A DNA stretch of 63,935 bases, the filler included, from Candidatus Zapsychrus exili (GTDB lineage Bacteria; Omnitrophota; Gorgyraeia; Zapsychrales; Zapsychraceae), in NCBI GenBank assembly GCA_030765585.1. It is 5 parts of 5 records of this genome, joined end to end, with 100 filler letters (N's around TTAATTAATTAA, not from the genome) between each part and the next. Parts side by side here need not be neighbours in the genome. Positions count along the whole stretch, not along the records: positions 1 to 14,243 come from JAVCCJ010000100.1; 4 more parts are not named here. The stretch is one strand, 5' to 3'. Under the pieces are notes generated by a model that worked only from the letters and a program-made list of their open reading frames with translations, did no database searches and was not told the DNA's origin. Both the position numbers and the translations under genes were made by a program. Of the stretch, positions 1-10,755 are shown in pieces; position 1 is the first letter of the stretch, and each line of letters starts with the position of its first letter.

Positions 1-237
1 AATAGTCTTCAAAAAACTATATCCTGTAACAATACAACCTAAGCAATACACATCATATATTTTATCCTTAAGAATCTTCTCAAAACCTTCCATAGAAATG
101 TCATCAACATCCATATCAATCAGATCAAAATTAATGCCACTATTTTTAACAGCAGTCAGAACATAACCTAAACCTACAGGAAGCATTTTTCTTTTTGAAT
201 CAGGACGCAACGATGGATTTATAAAAACTACTTTCAT
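1..237 (-). CDS. B12-binding domain radical SAM protein, N-terminal part (runs off window start; missing from ORF track)
   Basis: Manual translation from ATG at 237: MKVVFINPSLRPDSKRKMLPVGLGYVLTAVKNSGINFDLIDMD..., the typical N-terminus of cobalamin-binding radical SAM proteins; GGGGA SD-like site upstream. Confidence 0.75.
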   Translation of the reverse strand, partial: MKVVFINPSLRPDSKRKMLPVGLGYVLTAVKNSGINFDLIDMDVDDISMEGFEKILKDKIYDVYCLGCIVTGYSFLKTI

Positions 238-273
238 AGCTAATTTCCCCTTCATCTCTTTATTAATATATTT

Positions 274-1281
274 TTATGAATCATACCTACGAATGATACT
301 ACATATATTTTCCACAATTTCCTCTGTCCAACCTTGATGACAACCAATAACTAAGCATTTTCTATAATCAGAATTAAAAATATTTCTAGCAAAATCAAAA
401 TTTAGAATTGGTGTTTCTACTTTAAGCTCTTTATAAATAGCACATGTTGCTTCTTCAATACGATTAGCATCTACCATCACTGGTATAGCAAAAGGAACAA
501 TATCTTCCTCATCTCGACACTCAGGAGTTCTGCCTGGCATATTCTTATCAACTATTTCTAACAACCTTTTTCTATGAATAATTTCATTCTTTATTTCTTC
601 AGCACTGTCTCCAACAGTAAGTAAAGTCTTAGTTGGAAGTGATACTACTTCTGGCAAATAGCCAAAAACAGAATCTACTTCAAACCTAACTTCTTTTCCC
701 AAAAACCCTTTTTGAAACTTATCCAAAATGTCGTAAGCCATATCTGCACGCCTAAAATGACTAGAAAACAACTTTAAATAATCATCTTTAAAGAAATTAC
801 ACAACTCCTGCTTCTTAGAAATTAACCCTCCCCCCAAAATACAAGGGAATATTTTAGAAAAACTTACAACAGAGAAATCTCCCCAATTCAATATTGGCTC
901 TTCCTTATATGAAGAAAAAATAGCATGTGAACAATTGTTTACAATTATCCAATTATTTTTTACAGCTATTTTCTCAATTTCTTTAATCTTCTGGATATAA
1001 CCAAACTGATGAAATACTAAAACAGCCTTCGTTATAGAAGAAGTGTTCATAGAAGGAAAAGAAGACTTAGCTAAAGATGAAAGTACACAATGACCCAAAT
1101 AAGGCGGAACTAAAATTTCTTCCATTCGACCCACACCCAAAGAACGCAAGCCATACACTAAAGCAGCACGAGCGCAAGAAAATGGAAATATTTCCGAGCC
1201 TACAATAGAATTAAGATTCTCTAAGAAACTGTTATTCTTTGCACTTTTGATATCTCCACATCTAGGATAAATAGTAATCAT
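274..1281 (-). CDS. DegT/DnrJ/EryC1/StrS-like PLP-dependent aminotransferase-fold protein (divergent)
   Basis: ARAAL, EILVPPY.GHC and DFSVVSFSKIFP (PLP lysine) motifs. Confidence 0.65.
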   Translation of the reverse strand: MITIYPRCGDIKSAKNNSFLENLNSIVGSEIFPFSCARAALVYGLRSLGVGRMEEILVPPYLGHCVLSSLAKSSFPSMNTSSITKAVLVFHQFGYIQKIKEIEKIAVKNNWIIVNNCSHAIFSSYKEEPILNWGDFSVVSFSKIFPCILGGGLISKKQELCNFFKDDYLKLFSSHFRRADMAYDILDKFQKGFLGKEVRFEVDSVFGYLPEVVSLPTKTLLTVGDSAEEIKNEIIHRKRLLEIVDKNMPGRTPECRDEEDIVPFAIPVMVDANRIEEATCAIYKELKVETPILNFDFARNIFNSDYRKCLVIGCHQGWTEEIVENICSIIRRYDS

Positions 1282-1283
1282 AC

Positions 1284-2309
1284 TTATGCCTTTTTTGTCC
1301 TTGCTTCAACATTATTCCAAGTAATATTTAACTTGGCATAAGTCTGGCCACCAAAACCATGTTTAAACATACTTATATTAAAATCTTTAGGTGATTTAAC
1401 TTGCTCATCTTGCCCAGAATAACTCTGCATCCCCGTCTCAAAATAACGACATCCAATTCTTTTTGCATAAACTATAGCTTTCCAAACGACTGCGTGAGAA
1501 AGCGGCTTATCAAATAACTCTCGTTTTGAAGCGGACACTCCATAAAAACAATATTTACTACTACAAGGAAACAACGCAGCCGTTACCAATTCTCCTTCTA
1601 ATTCCCCAAATACTGCAAAGGCCTCATTTTTAACAACCATGTCATACTGAAGATCCCAAGTTGATTGCGGCCGAGTTTCTCTTCCTACAACACTAAAATG
1701 CAACTTTCGAAAATCTTCCATATCATCGGCTGAAATACTGTCTTTATCCAATATCCGTAAAACCATATTCTTTTCACCCCAGTTAATTAGAGATTTATAA
1801 CTTTTCCTAACTTGAGCCCCTAAATTAAATTCAGAATCAGAAAGATTAAGCACTTGAGTGAAAAATGGAACTACTGTTGCACCTCTATTCAGAAGATGTT
1901 TTCCCAAAAATGAAAGTTTCCCAGAAATTAAAAAATCCTGATAAAAAACTCGATTAATTGCATGATTATCTAATATATCGTCCAATTCTTGTTTAAGCAG
2001 CTTATGCGCTCCAAGCAGTTTTCCTACTTCACACGAGGTATCTTCAACAAAAAAGACTGGAATTACAGCTTGTCCACAAAGTTCTCTTAAACCAGAAGAA
2101 TGTATATTTATCGACGCCAGAACTCCTAAAATAGACTTCTTACCTTCTTCCACTACAAAAGAACAATCCTCAAATTCAGCTCCATCTACACAAGCCTTGT
2201 AATATAAAATATTACCTGACTGATAAAGAGGGTATTGAAAAGTACTATTCTCAAACAACCTTAACCAATAGCTATTAAATTCCTTTTCCTTTGACCTTAT
2301 TATCTTCAT
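1284..2309 (-). CDS. FemAB/GNAT-fold acyltransferase
   Basis: RKSYKSLINWG, YGVSAS, FETG and FKHGFGG motifs of FemAB-like GNAT proteins in glycan clusters. Confidence 0.7.
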   Translation of the reverse strand: MKIIRSKEKEFNSYWLRLFENSTFQYPLYQSGNILYYKACVDGAEFEDCSFVVEEGKKSILGVLASINIHSSGLRELCGQAVIPVFFVEDTSCEVGKLLGAHKLLKQELDDILDNHAINRVFYQDFLISGKLSFLGKHLLNRGATVVPFFTQVLNLSDSEFNLGAQVRKSYKSLINWGEKNMVLRILDKDSISADDMEDFRKLHFSVVGRETRPQSTWDLQYDMVVKNEAFAVFGELEGELVTAALFPCSSKYCFYGVSASKRELFDKPLSHAVVWKAIVYAKRIGCRYFETGMQSYSGQDEQVKSPKDFNISMFKHGFGGQTYAKLNITWNNVEARTKKA

Positions 2310-2320
2310 ACAAAAATACC

Positions 2321-3439
2321 TTATTTAATTTTTAAAAAACTCTTTTTAATTACCTTTGATAGCTCTAATGCTCTTTTTTCATAACCTTCAGTAACCCACA
2401 AATTAGCAACTTCCTTTTCTAAGATATCAGCGACTTGAAAAGAATCCTTCTCCTGTTCTCTGCCTGATGATGTCCATCGAGATATACACGGATACCAGCG
2501 AGATATATCAAATCCACTCTGACGAACTTGTTTTAACAAATCAGACCTACGTTCTTTTGAAACCCTAAAAGTAAAACGCCAAGGAGAATATCCTTCTTTT
2601 GGTGAAAAAAACGTAATATCGTCGATACCATTCAATTCATTTCTATATATTTCACATACTCTTCTACGTCCTACAACTTCGCTCTCTAAATTTCCTAAAG
2701 AATCAATAATCTTTGAAGCCTGATTGTCTGTGGACTTATAAATATGCATGTCTTTAAACAAAGTAGGAAAAATATCAAAAAGATCATAAGCTTTAGTATC
2801 TTTTTGACCACGTTCCCAAAAATCATAAAAAAGTTTTCTATAAATCTTGTTTGCCAATACATCATCAGCTCGTTTATCATTAAATTCTTCTAGCATAAAA
2901 CGAGCTTGACCGGCTAATGCATCATCATCCATTGCTATCGCTCCTCCATCACCAACATCAATAATCTTAGAATAACTAAAAGAAACCACGGAACAATCTC
3001 CTGCCGAACCAAATGGCTGCCCATCGGAATAAGATCCTCCAAGCGCCTGCGCAAGATCTTCGATTAACATTGCTTTGTGCTCTTTACAAATTTGCGATAA
3101 CTTTTCCATATCTGCTGTATGTCCATACAAATGAACTGCCAATACAGCGCTGATTTCTTTATCTTCTTTTAATATCTTAGAAACAGATTCTGGATCAATA
3201 GTTGCATCTTTTTGAAGAATATCAGCAAATACTGGGATTCTGTCTGCATAATGGACTGCAAGCATCGGATTTAAACACATCATAGAAGGTAAAAGAATTT
3301 TAGGACGTTTCACATCAGCCAAAGAATAAGCTATATGTAAAGCATTAGTTCCATTTCCAGTAAGTACACACTGCTTTCGACCCAACAATTTGGCCAAAAC
3401 ATCTTCACAGGCCTGAATTTTATTTATACTTTTAAACAT
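2321..3439 (-). CDS. DegT/DnrJ/EryC1/StrS family sugar aminotransferase
   Basis: NGTNAL, PVFADI, VHLYG, IEDLAQALG and SFSYSKIIDVGDGG motifs. Confidence 0.85.
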   Translation of the reverse strand: MFKSINKIQACEDVLAKLLGRKQCVLTGNGTNALHIAYSLADVKRPKILLPSMMCLNPMLAVHYADRIPVFADILQKDATIDPESVSKILKEDKEISAVLAVHLYGHTADMEKLSQICKEHKAMLIEDLAQALGGSYSDGQPFGSAGDCSVVSFSYSKIIDVGDGGAIAMDDDALAGQARFMLEEFNDKRADDVLANKIYRKLFYDFWERGQKDTKAYDLFDIFPTLFKDMHIYKSTDNQASKIIDSLGNLESEVVGRRRVCEIYRNELNGIDDITFFSPKEGYSPWRFTFRVSKERRSDLLKQVRQSGFDISRWYPCISRWTSSGREQEKDSFQVADILEKEVANLWVTEGYEKRALELSKVIKKSFLKIK

Positions 3440-3447
3440 TTATTGAT

Positions 3448-4134
3448 CTATTTATTGTTTACAGCTGTAATAATAAAAGTGTCGTTAACCTCAGTAAAAT
3501 AATCTAAGGTAACTCTGCCAACATCTATTTTTGAGAAATATTTAGAAAAATAAAACTTTATGTACTCTTTAGAATCAAAATAAAAGAAAGTTTCGCCTTT
3601 CCTAAAATCATCTTCACGCCCAATCTCATATTGATGATTTCCTAAAGTTTTACTTTTGCGTAATATAGTATGCTTTGGCGCCACCGTAGAGATAAAGAAA
3701 CGGCCTCCTGGCTTGAGAACTCTACTATATTCAGAAATTGCCTTAACAATAAGATCCTCTCTTCCTTCATAATGCAGCACATCCCATGAAACAATATAGT
3801 CAAAAGAATTGTCCTTAAAAGGAATTTTACTATTTTTCCCAACTTTCAAATCTGCATTATGCCCCAACTCTTCCATTCTTTTAGTAGCATGATCACAAAT
3901 ATCCTTATGCACCTCAACTCCGAAAAGTTCCATATCAAGCGTTCCACAAAACATTAAGTTATTTCCAACTCCAAAACCAACCTCCAGTACCTTCTTACCT
4001 TTATAATTTTTTCTGACACCAGGCATATAGCTACCTTTAAAAAGTCTTACAAGTGTTTCATTAGGCCACATTAAGCCTTTATTTTGTTTGCAATAAAAAT
4101 TCATCCAATCTGTAAAAGCTTTATCTTTTTTCAT
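3448..4134 (-). CDS. Class I SAM-dependent methyltransferase
   Basis: VLEVGFGVGNN (motif I), PFKDNSFD and RVLKPGG motifs. Confidence 0.9.
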   Translation of the reverse strand: MKKDKAFTDWMNFYCKQNKGLMWPNETLVRLFKGSYMPGVRKNYKGKKVLEVGFGVGNNLMFCGTLDMELFGVEVHKDICDHATKRMEELGHNADLKVGKNSKIPFKDNSFDYIVSWDVLHYEGREDLIVKAISEYSRVLKPGGRFFISTVAPKHTILRKSKTLGNHQYEIGREDDFRKGETFFYFDSKEYIKFYFSKYFSKIDVGRVTLDYFTEVNDTFIITAVNNK

Positions 4135-4209
4135 ATTTTCCCTCTTTTAAGAATATTTTAAAAGTTTAATCTTATTAAGTTAATCAATACATTCTCTAAA
4201 AAATTAAAA

Positions 4210-5256
4210 TTATCCTAACATCGCCTGCGATAAAGGTATACCCCTTTTTATATTACGTAAAACTTTCTTACCTATAACCTTATCCAGCGCATCTGGCGAA
4301 ATACCATATCCAGGTCTTATACTTTTTACATTACAATGTGTCATTTTATCTCCTGCTTTAATATCCTTAACAACGAATAATGATCTTCTATAATTACGAC
4401 TATTTTTTTCTCTTCCAAAACTGCCAAACTTTACTTTACCTAATGCTTGTTCTGTCTTTCTTACTGCTTGGACCATATCCTTAAACTCTTTAGGATCAAG
4501 TGAAAATCCTGAATCAACACCACCATCACTTTTAGAAAGAGTAAGATGTTTCTCAATAATACTTGCTCCCAACGCTACAGCAGCAACCGGTATCTCTATG
4601 CCCAAAGTATGATCAGATAGTCCTACAACAACTCCAAATCTATCTCTTAACTCACATATAGCTTTTAAGTTCATCTCCTTAGGCAATGCAGGATAAACAG
4701 CAGTGCACTTAAGCAACGCGATTTTATCATTACCACAACTTCGTACAACTTTAACAGCCTTTTTTATCTCTTCCAATGTTGCCATTCCTGTAGACATAAT
4801 GATCGGCTTTTTAGTTAAAGCTATTTTCTTTAAAAAATTTGTATCAATAAGTTCTGACGAAGCAACTTTATAAGCTGGAGCTTTTAATTTCTTTAAAAAA
4901 TCAACAGCAGTGTTATCAAATGGAGACGAAAAAAAATCTATGTCTATTTTCTTAGCTACTTTTTGAAGCCTTGGATACCAATCCCAAGGCATATAAGCCT
5001 TCTTATATAAGTCATATAATGTTTGTCCATTCCAAATAGTCCCTTTAATTCTAAAATATTTATTATCACAATCTAATGTGATCGTATCAGGAGTAAATGT
5101 TTGAACCTTAACAGCATCTGCACCTGCTTTTTTAGCAGATTCAATTATTTTTACAGCACTTTTAAAATCTTGATTATGATTTGCAGACATCTCAGCAATA
5201 ATATATGTAGAATTATCTTCGCCTATTTTATGACTATTTATTCTCAAAATGCTCAT
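4210..5256 (-). CDS. pseI: Pseudaminic acid synthase (NeuB family with C-terminal SAF domain)
   Basis: IIAEMSANHNQD, YKVASSE, STGMAT, GLSDHTLG, IIEKH, RRSLF and IRPGYG motifs. Confidence 0.9.
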   Translation of the reverse strand: MSILRINSHKIGEDNSTYIIAEMSANHNQDFKSAVKIIESAKKAGADAVKVQTFTPDTITLDCDNKYFRIKGTIWNGQTLYDLYKKAYMPWDWYPRLQKVAKKIDIDFFSSPFDNTAVDFLKKLKAPAYKVASSELIDTNFLKKIALTKKPIIMSTGMATLEEIKKAVKVVRSCGNDKIALLKCTAVYPALPKEMNLKAICELRDRFGVVVGLSDHTLGIEIPVAAVALGASIIEKHLTLSKSDGGVDSGFSLDPKEFKDMVQAVRKTEQALGKVKFGSFGREKNSRNYRRSLFVVKDIKAGDKMTHCNVKSIRPGYGISPDALDKVIGKKVLRNIKRGIPLSQAMLG

Positions 5257-6002
5257 AAGAGTATTTCCTTTTTAGCTTCAATTAATTCTCCTCTACCAGA
5301 ACGAATAATATCTAATCCCTTCGGACCTTCATTAAATAAAAGATCAATACAAGATGCGTTTGCAGTAAAAGGTTTATAAGCTTGAGTATACTCGGGATGA
5401 TCATAATCTTTATAAAACACGCTAACACTTCTCTCTTCAAAAAATCTATATTCTTCATTTAAATATGCCAATGAACCTGTTGGAGAAATATAATGCTTAG
5501 ACCCTATCTTCTTTAAAATATCAACTAACAATTCTGATCTCTTGCCAGATACCTTCAATTGTGAAGATCGCACAAAATTTGCAGATAACGACAATTTTGT
5601 ACATAGCCACTTAATAATTTCTATATTTAGATCACACAAATTTCCGATTGCATAAGCATGCTCGAATATTAAAACAAATTCATCAAAGAAATCTTTAAAA
5701 TATGCTGAACGACTATAATTATGCTGCAATTGTTTAATAATCTTACTAGGAGATACAGTTTGATTGATCTTTACATCTTTAATTTCCTGACCAAAACGAC
5801 CTTTAATTAAAACTGGAGTTGTAATCCACTCGAGACCTTTGTTCGTTCGTATTCTGTTACGTTGTTGCCAAGTCTGCTTCTCAAACTGAACATTATCTAA
5901 AAAAACAAAAATATCCGCATAATCTATTAGATCAAAATAGCCAAGCCATGGTAAAAATGTTGGCTGCATAATAACTACCTTTTTATTAATATTTAAATCC
6001 AT
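5253..6002 (-). CDS. WbqC-like family protein
   Basis: MQPTFLPWLGYFDLI, DNVQF...QQRNRI, HPEYTQ and IDLLFNEG motifs; start moved to ATG 6002, just after the upstream stop. Confidence 0.9.
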   Translation of the reverse strand: MDLNINKKVVIMQPTFLPWLGYFDLIDYADIFVFLDNVQFEKQTWQQRNRIRTNKGLEWITTPVLIKGRFGQEIKDVKINQTVSPSKIIKQLQHNYSRSAYFKDFFDEFVLIFEHAYAIGNLCDLNIEIIKWLCTKLSLSANFVRSSQLKVSGKRSELLVDILKKIGSKHYISPTGSLAYLNEEYRFFEERSVSVFYKDYDHPEYTQAYKPFTANASCIDLLFNEGPKGLDIIRSGRGELIEAKKEILL

Positions 6003-6003
6003 A

Positions 6004-6915
6004 CTATTGCTTCTCCTGAATCGCAAGCCCTGCCCCATTGATTCCATAACCATTTCCGTTATAAATCATATATTTATTTCCTTTATGGTTAAAAATAAAT
6101 CCATATTCGATCATTTCAGAATCCCACTCATCACCACTTGACGCTTCTATACCTATTCTATCGTCCATCCTCATCCATTTTTTACCATCATCTGACTCTG
6201 CATATCCCATACGATATTTTTTTCCATCTCTTTTATAAGAATACCACATCTTATAGATACCATCTTCTTTCAATATGCAAGGTCTAGCCAAAGCTGTTTC
6301 ATCTTCTGATACTGCATCAATACATACGGCAATATTTTGTTTCCAATCAATACCATTATCTGATTCTGCATATTTTATATTATATTTTGGAGAATCTGGA
6401 TTCTCCCATTTTATCCCAGAAACATACCACATTTTCCACTTATCACTATTTTTCATAACAAATGGTGCTGTTAATATAGCGATAGGCTCTTCATTGCTAG
6501 TTCTTAAGATAGGAGCTCTTGAATATCTTTTGAAATTACCGCTACTATCACCAATTGCTAAACCAGCAATAAGCCCAAATCTAGTAGTAGAACGTGGTTT
6601 CCAACCTACATAATAAAGATACTTTTTACCATTATGCGTTACAATACTAGTAGGAGTTACTCCGTTATCATCAAAACATCCCAATTCTCCGAATCCCAAA
6701 ATAGGCTCTTTTGCTATATTGACAACAAAGCCTTCCTTGCTTATGTCTATATCAGCATATCCTATCAGAGATCTATTTTCACCATCTCTGCCAGAAAAAT
6801 AAACCCTATATATATCTCCTTCAAGATAATCCACAGTAGGAAGCATAGCGTGTGTTTGCATCCATTTGATTTCTTTGGAAGGCTCAATAATTCTGCCTAA
6901 TTTCCTCCACTTCAT
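6004..6915 (-). CDS. Five-bladed beta-propeller glycoside hydrolase-like protein (GH32/43/130-like)
   Basis: MKWRKLG start, repeated YxMWYS / IxYAESxDGxxW blades, YNGNGYG tail. Confidence 0.75.
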   Translation of the reverse strand: MKWRKLGRIIEPSKEIKWMQTHAMLPTVDYLEGDIYRVYFSGRDGENRSLIGYADIDISKEGFVVNIAKEPILGFGELGCFDDNGVTPTSIVTHNGKKYLYYVGWKPRSTTRFGLIAGLAIGDSSGNFKRYSRAPILRTSNEEPIAILTAPFVMKNSDKWKMWYVSGIKWENPDSPKYNIKYAESDNGIDWKQNIAVCIDAVSEDETALARPCILKEDGIYKMWYSYKRDGKKYRMGYAESDDGKKWMRMDDRIGIEASSGDEWDSEMIEYGFIFNHKGNKYMIYNGNGYGINGAGLAIQEKQ

Positions 6916-6926
6916 TCTTGTCTCCT

Positions 6927-7589
6927 TTAAGAAACTTTAATAGCATCACTAGAAAAACGAAAACATTCAGTATGTTTTCCTCGAAAAACTTGTTTTTCTG
7001 ATGTATTCTTTAAAATTAATGATCCTGCGCCTATAATACATTTTTCTTTAATAACTAATCCATCCCTTACAGTCGAATTAACTCCGAAATAGCAATATGG
7101 ATCTACCCTTACTCTTCCAGAAATAACAACATGTGAAGAAATAAAACAATGCTCGCCAATGCTTGTATGATGGCCGATATGATTACCACTCCAAAGTATC
7201 GTATTGTCTCCAATACTAGCAAATGGCTGAATAACATTATTTTCAAATATAAAACAATTGTCACCAATCTTCGTCTCAGGGCAAACAATAGCTTTTGAAC
7301 TTATATAACTAATAAAACCATAACCTTTTTCTTTTGCTTGAAAATATTTATCAGCCCTTAATCCATTAAGTTGTTTAGCTCCTATCGGAATAAACATGTC
7401 GTACTCTTCTTTTGAATAAACACTTTCTATATCTTCGAAAGCAGCAACAGGTAACCCTCTAAAAGTTTTATCACTAATATATTTTTTATCTACAGTAAAT
7501 CCAACCACTTCAAATGTAGAATCATGTTCTAAATATACATGGGCAATTTCTGCCATTTGTCCATTGCCAAAAATAATTACTTTCTTCAT
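6927..7589 (-). CDS. NeuD/PglD-family hexapeptide-repeat sugar acetyltransferase
   Basis: IIFGNG Rossmann-like start, LbH repeats, WSGNHIGHH. Confidence 0.9.
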   Translation of the reverse strand: MKKVIIFGNGQMAEIAHVYLEHDSTFEVVGFTVDKKYISDKTFRGLPVAAFEDIESVYSKEEYDMFIPIGAKQLNGLRADKYFQAKEKGYGFISYISSKAIVCPETKIGDNCFIFENNVIQPFASIGDNTILWSGNHIGHHTSIGEHCFISSHVVISGRVRVDPYCYFGVNSTVRDGLVIKEKCIIGAGSLILKNTSEKQVFRGKHTECFRFSSDAIKVS

Positions 7590-8686
7590 AATTTTCTCCT
7601 CATCATCTCAATTATCCGCTGAGATCCTAATCCATCCAACATTTTTTGTCCAGAGACGCTCATTGAACACCTTTCACGTGAATTATCAAATAATGCTACT
7701 ATTTCTGCAGCGATCAAATCCGAAGAAATGTCGCAATCAACACCCATATGTTTAGTAGAACCATTCTTTTTAAATGGCATATTAACGACAGTATGATCTT
7801 CATTCAAAGAAATCTGTAGCGAAGGCGTACCTGTTAAAGCCAGTTCATATTTAGTTAATCCTGAATTCGTAATTGCAATATCACACCAAAGCATATGTTT
7901 AAACAAAGATGCAGGAGAATCTAGAACATCAATTTTATGTCGCACATTGCTGTCTCTAAACCTTTCAATCCTGCTTCTAAGCGACTTAGGGAAACATGCT
8001 CCCACAGCTATTCGAATATGGAGGTTTCTGTCTTCAATCTTTGAAATAGCCCTTAAAACTTTCATTGTAGTGCCACTTGGATCTGATCCCCCAAAAGTAA
8101 CTAATATCTTCTTTGCAACCTTACGTATATTTCGTTTATCTTTTTTCAAACAAGAATATTGCGAATGAAAAATAAAATACTTTGGACCAATCAAATAATT
8201 CGAAGCGCAAGTTTTTTTCTGCTTAAAATCCTCTGCACCAAAATAAGGAATGACGACAATATCAACTTTACAATTTGACTTTAGCAGTAATGAGTTATCT
8301 CTCATTCCATCAATCAGCGTAACTAAACATCGCCTACGAAGACTCTTAATATAAAAAGATACCTCCTTAGTATTATTAAGAGCATATACAGTCGAAACAT
8401 CTAATATTACCCCAGACACTTTTAATGCAAGCTTATCAAATATATACTGCGCCTCATCCTTCCAAGAAATATTCTTTGGAATTAAAATATACTGAACTTT
8501 GCTACGTTTTAAAATACCTACTATTTCTTTGTCAAAATAACGACAGCAATACAGGACTTCAAAACCATTTTCTTTCAAAGATTTCCCGAGAGCACAACAT
8601 CTACTAAAATGCCCCATTCCTACTTTTTTATCAGCATCAAACCGTAAAATAATACTTTTAATTTTATTTTTCTTCACATTTATCAT
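7586..8686 (-). CDS. pseG: PseG/SpsG-like UDP-sugar hydrolase (GT-B fold)
   Basis: RFDA...GMGHFSRC, LVTFGGSDP, SGLTKYELA and DGLGSQRI motifs. Confidence 0.75.
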   Translation of the reverse strand: MINVKKNKIKSIILRFDADKKVGMGHFSRCCALGKSLKENGFEVLYCCRYFDKEIVGILKRSKVQYILIPKNISWKDEAQYIFDKLALKVSGVILDVSTVYALNNTKEVSFYIKSLRRRCLVTLIDGMRDNSLLLKSNCKVDIVVIPYFGAEDFKQKKTCASNYLIGPKYFIFHSQYSCLKKDKRNIRKVAKKILVTFGGSDPSGTTMKVLRAISKIEDRNLHIRIAVGACFPKSLRSRIERFRDSNVRHKIDVLDSPASLFKHMLWCDIAITNSGLTKYELALTGTPSLQISLNEDHTVVNMPFKKNGSTKHMGVDCDISSDLIAAEIVALFDNSRERCSMSVSGQKMLDGLGSQRIIEMMRRKL

Positions 8687-9422
8687 TCTTTAGAGATAAA
8701 ATTAACCCTTCATTTCTAACAATATGTGCGTTCTTATTATAAGTTTCCGGATTACCATCCAAAAACTTCTTTACCTCTTTAAAATCAAAAGGCTCTATAC
8801 CTTCTTTATATAAATTCTCAATAATATTTTTAACAACATCTAAATCTTCAGGCTCATCTACAGTTATTCTATAGCTACTATCATCTACGCAATTATCCAT
8901 AATTTCTTTTTTAAACCTATCAAGATTATTATTAATATAAAGTGTAACGTGTTCTCTTTCTGATTTCTTTTTAGCTTCTTTCCAAGCTGTAGATAAATAA
9001 CCAAAAGAAAAGATTTCACAATCAAGCCCTTCAGCAAACCTTGATGATAAATGCGCATATTCAGCTTTTTTATTTAAATACATTTCAAACAATTTATCAC
9101 AAATACCAACATCAATAAGAGGACAGTCACCAGTAATTCTTACAATATTATCTGCCTTATATAATAATGCTGCCTTATAATACCTGTCCAAAACATCATC
9201 TTCATCTCCACGAAACACCGAAAAACCAAGCGATTCAACATACTCACACATCACATCATTTTGCTTATCTATAGATGTTGCTAAAACAATCTTATCTATT
9301 TTACTGGAAAACGTTAGCCTCTCAAATAAATGCCCAATCAAAGGTTTATCCAAAACACTTTTCATCACCTTTCCTTCGCATCTCTTTGATCCCATTCTTG
9401 CTTGAATAATTGCTACAATCAC
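8664..9422 (-). CDS. SpsF/PseF-like cytidylyltransferase
   Basis: AIIQARMGSKR, RGDEDDVLDRY, VRITGDCPLID, REHVT and RITVDEPED motifs. Confidence 0.88.
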   Translation of the reverse strand: MIVAIIQARMGSKRCEGKVMKSVLDKPLIGHLFERLTFSSKIDKIVLATSIDKQNDVMCEYVESLGFSVFRGDEDDVLDRYYKAALLYKADNIVRITGDCPLIDVGICDKLFEMYLNKKAEYAHLSSRFAEGLDCEIFSFGYLSTAWKEAKKKSEREHVTLYINNNLDRFKKEIMDNCVDDSSYRITVDEPEDLDVVKNIIENLYKEGIEPFDFKEVKKFLDGNPETYNKNAHIVRNEGLILSLKNDKCEEK

Positions 9423-9432
9423 AATGCTCCTC

Positions 9433-10755
9433 TTAAGCCAATCTTTTAAAGCCGCTATGGCAAACTGGTCCTTCTAACATTTCTTTCGAACTTCCAGCTT
9501 TTATATTTCTAGAAATTAATTCCATTACTTCGCGAGCCGCAATTAAATATTTATCAACTATCTCCTTAGTATGCGCATAAGACACATAAACCACATTAGA
9601 CGCCAAAAATCCTCGCTTTAGCATTTCTTGAGTAAAAATAGTTTTAACAATCATTGGATCGTCCTCTTTAATAGAGATTATAGGAACTGATACCAATCCT
9701 TCTATTGTCATCTTAAGGCCACAAGAATCAAAAATACCTTTAAGTTCGTAAGAAAGATAACTTCCGATATCCGTGATATGTTTGATAACATTCTTTTTTT
9801 CAAACTGTTCAATTGTCTTTAAGGCCGCAACAAAACCTACACGTTCAGTCCAATATGTACTACTAATAAATGTATGTTGAGCGGCTTGCATAACATTTTC
9901 TCTACCCACTATTGCAGACATAGGATAACCATTGCTCATAGCTTTACCTAAAACAACGATATCTGGTTCAATACCGTGCAATGTATGTATACTGCCGACA
10001 TTTAATCTAAAACCGGATGAAATTTCATCAAAAATCAGAACAGCCCCAATACTATCAGCAATTACGCGTACCTGATTTAAAAAATCAACATCAATTTTCT
10101 TGTGTCGCTCCACCTCCATAATAATCACACCTAACTCTCCATCAGTCTCTCTAACTATGCTCTTTAACTCCTCTATATTGCCATAATTAAACGGGTAAGT
10201 ATGTCCCTCTAATGCACGAGGAACTCCCGCAGCATCTAAACCTGCAATAAGCTGTCCATCAAGATTTTTTGAATTAGATAAATTAGACGAAAGATACCAA
10301 TCGTGCCAACCATGATATCCGCAAAAAGCAATTTTATCTTTTTTAGCAAATGCTCTAGCAATTCTTACAGCTATTGCGCAAGCTTCTCCTCCTGTTTTTG
10401 CAAAACGTACCATATGTGCCCAAGGATGAAGCTCAATTAATTTCTCTGCAAGCTCAACCTCTTCATAACAATTCAATGTGCACATGCTTCCTTCATCAAT
10501 AGCATTCTTTACAGCCTTATTTACTTCCGAGTCAGCATAACCTAAAACACAAGTACCTATACCCATAATGCTCATATCATAAAAATGATTACCATCTAAA
10601 TCCCAAATTTCACGTCCCTTGGCTTTTTTATAATATGCTGGCCAAAAATCAGGTAAAAACATTTCTGGTCTTTTTGATAAAAGCTGAGTCCCTCCAGGAA
10701 TCAATTTCTTAGCTTTTTTATACAGATCTTGAGATTTTCCCATAATCAACTCCAT
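9433..10755 (-). CDS. Class III aminotransferase (glutamate-1-semialdehyde aminomutase-like); true start may be ATG 10743
   Basis: IPGGTQLLSK, WDLDGN, GYHGWHDW, LIFDEISSGFR and GKAMSNGYP motifs. Confidence 0.88.
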   Translation of the reverse strand: MELIMGKSQDLYKKAKKLIPGGTQLLSKRPEMFLPDFWPAYYKKAKGREIWDLDGNHFYDMSIMGIGTCVLGYADSEVNKAVKNAIDEGSMCTLNCYEEVELAEKLIELHPWAHMVRFAKTGGEACAIAVRIARAFAKKDKIAFCGYHGWHDWYLSSNLSNSKNLDGQLIAGLDAAGVPRALEGHTYPFNYGNIEELKSIVRETDGELGVIIMEVERHKKIDVDFLNQVRVIADSIGAVLIFDEISSGFRLNVGSIHTLHGIEPDIVVLGKAMSNGYPMSAIVGRENVMQAAQHTFISSTYWTERVGFVAALKTIEQFEKKNVIKHITDIGSYLSYELKGIFDSCGLKMTIEGLVSVPIISIKEDDPMIVKTIFTQEMLKRGFLASNVVYVSYAHTKEIVDKYLIAAREVMELISRNIKAGSSKEMLEGPVCHSGFKRLA

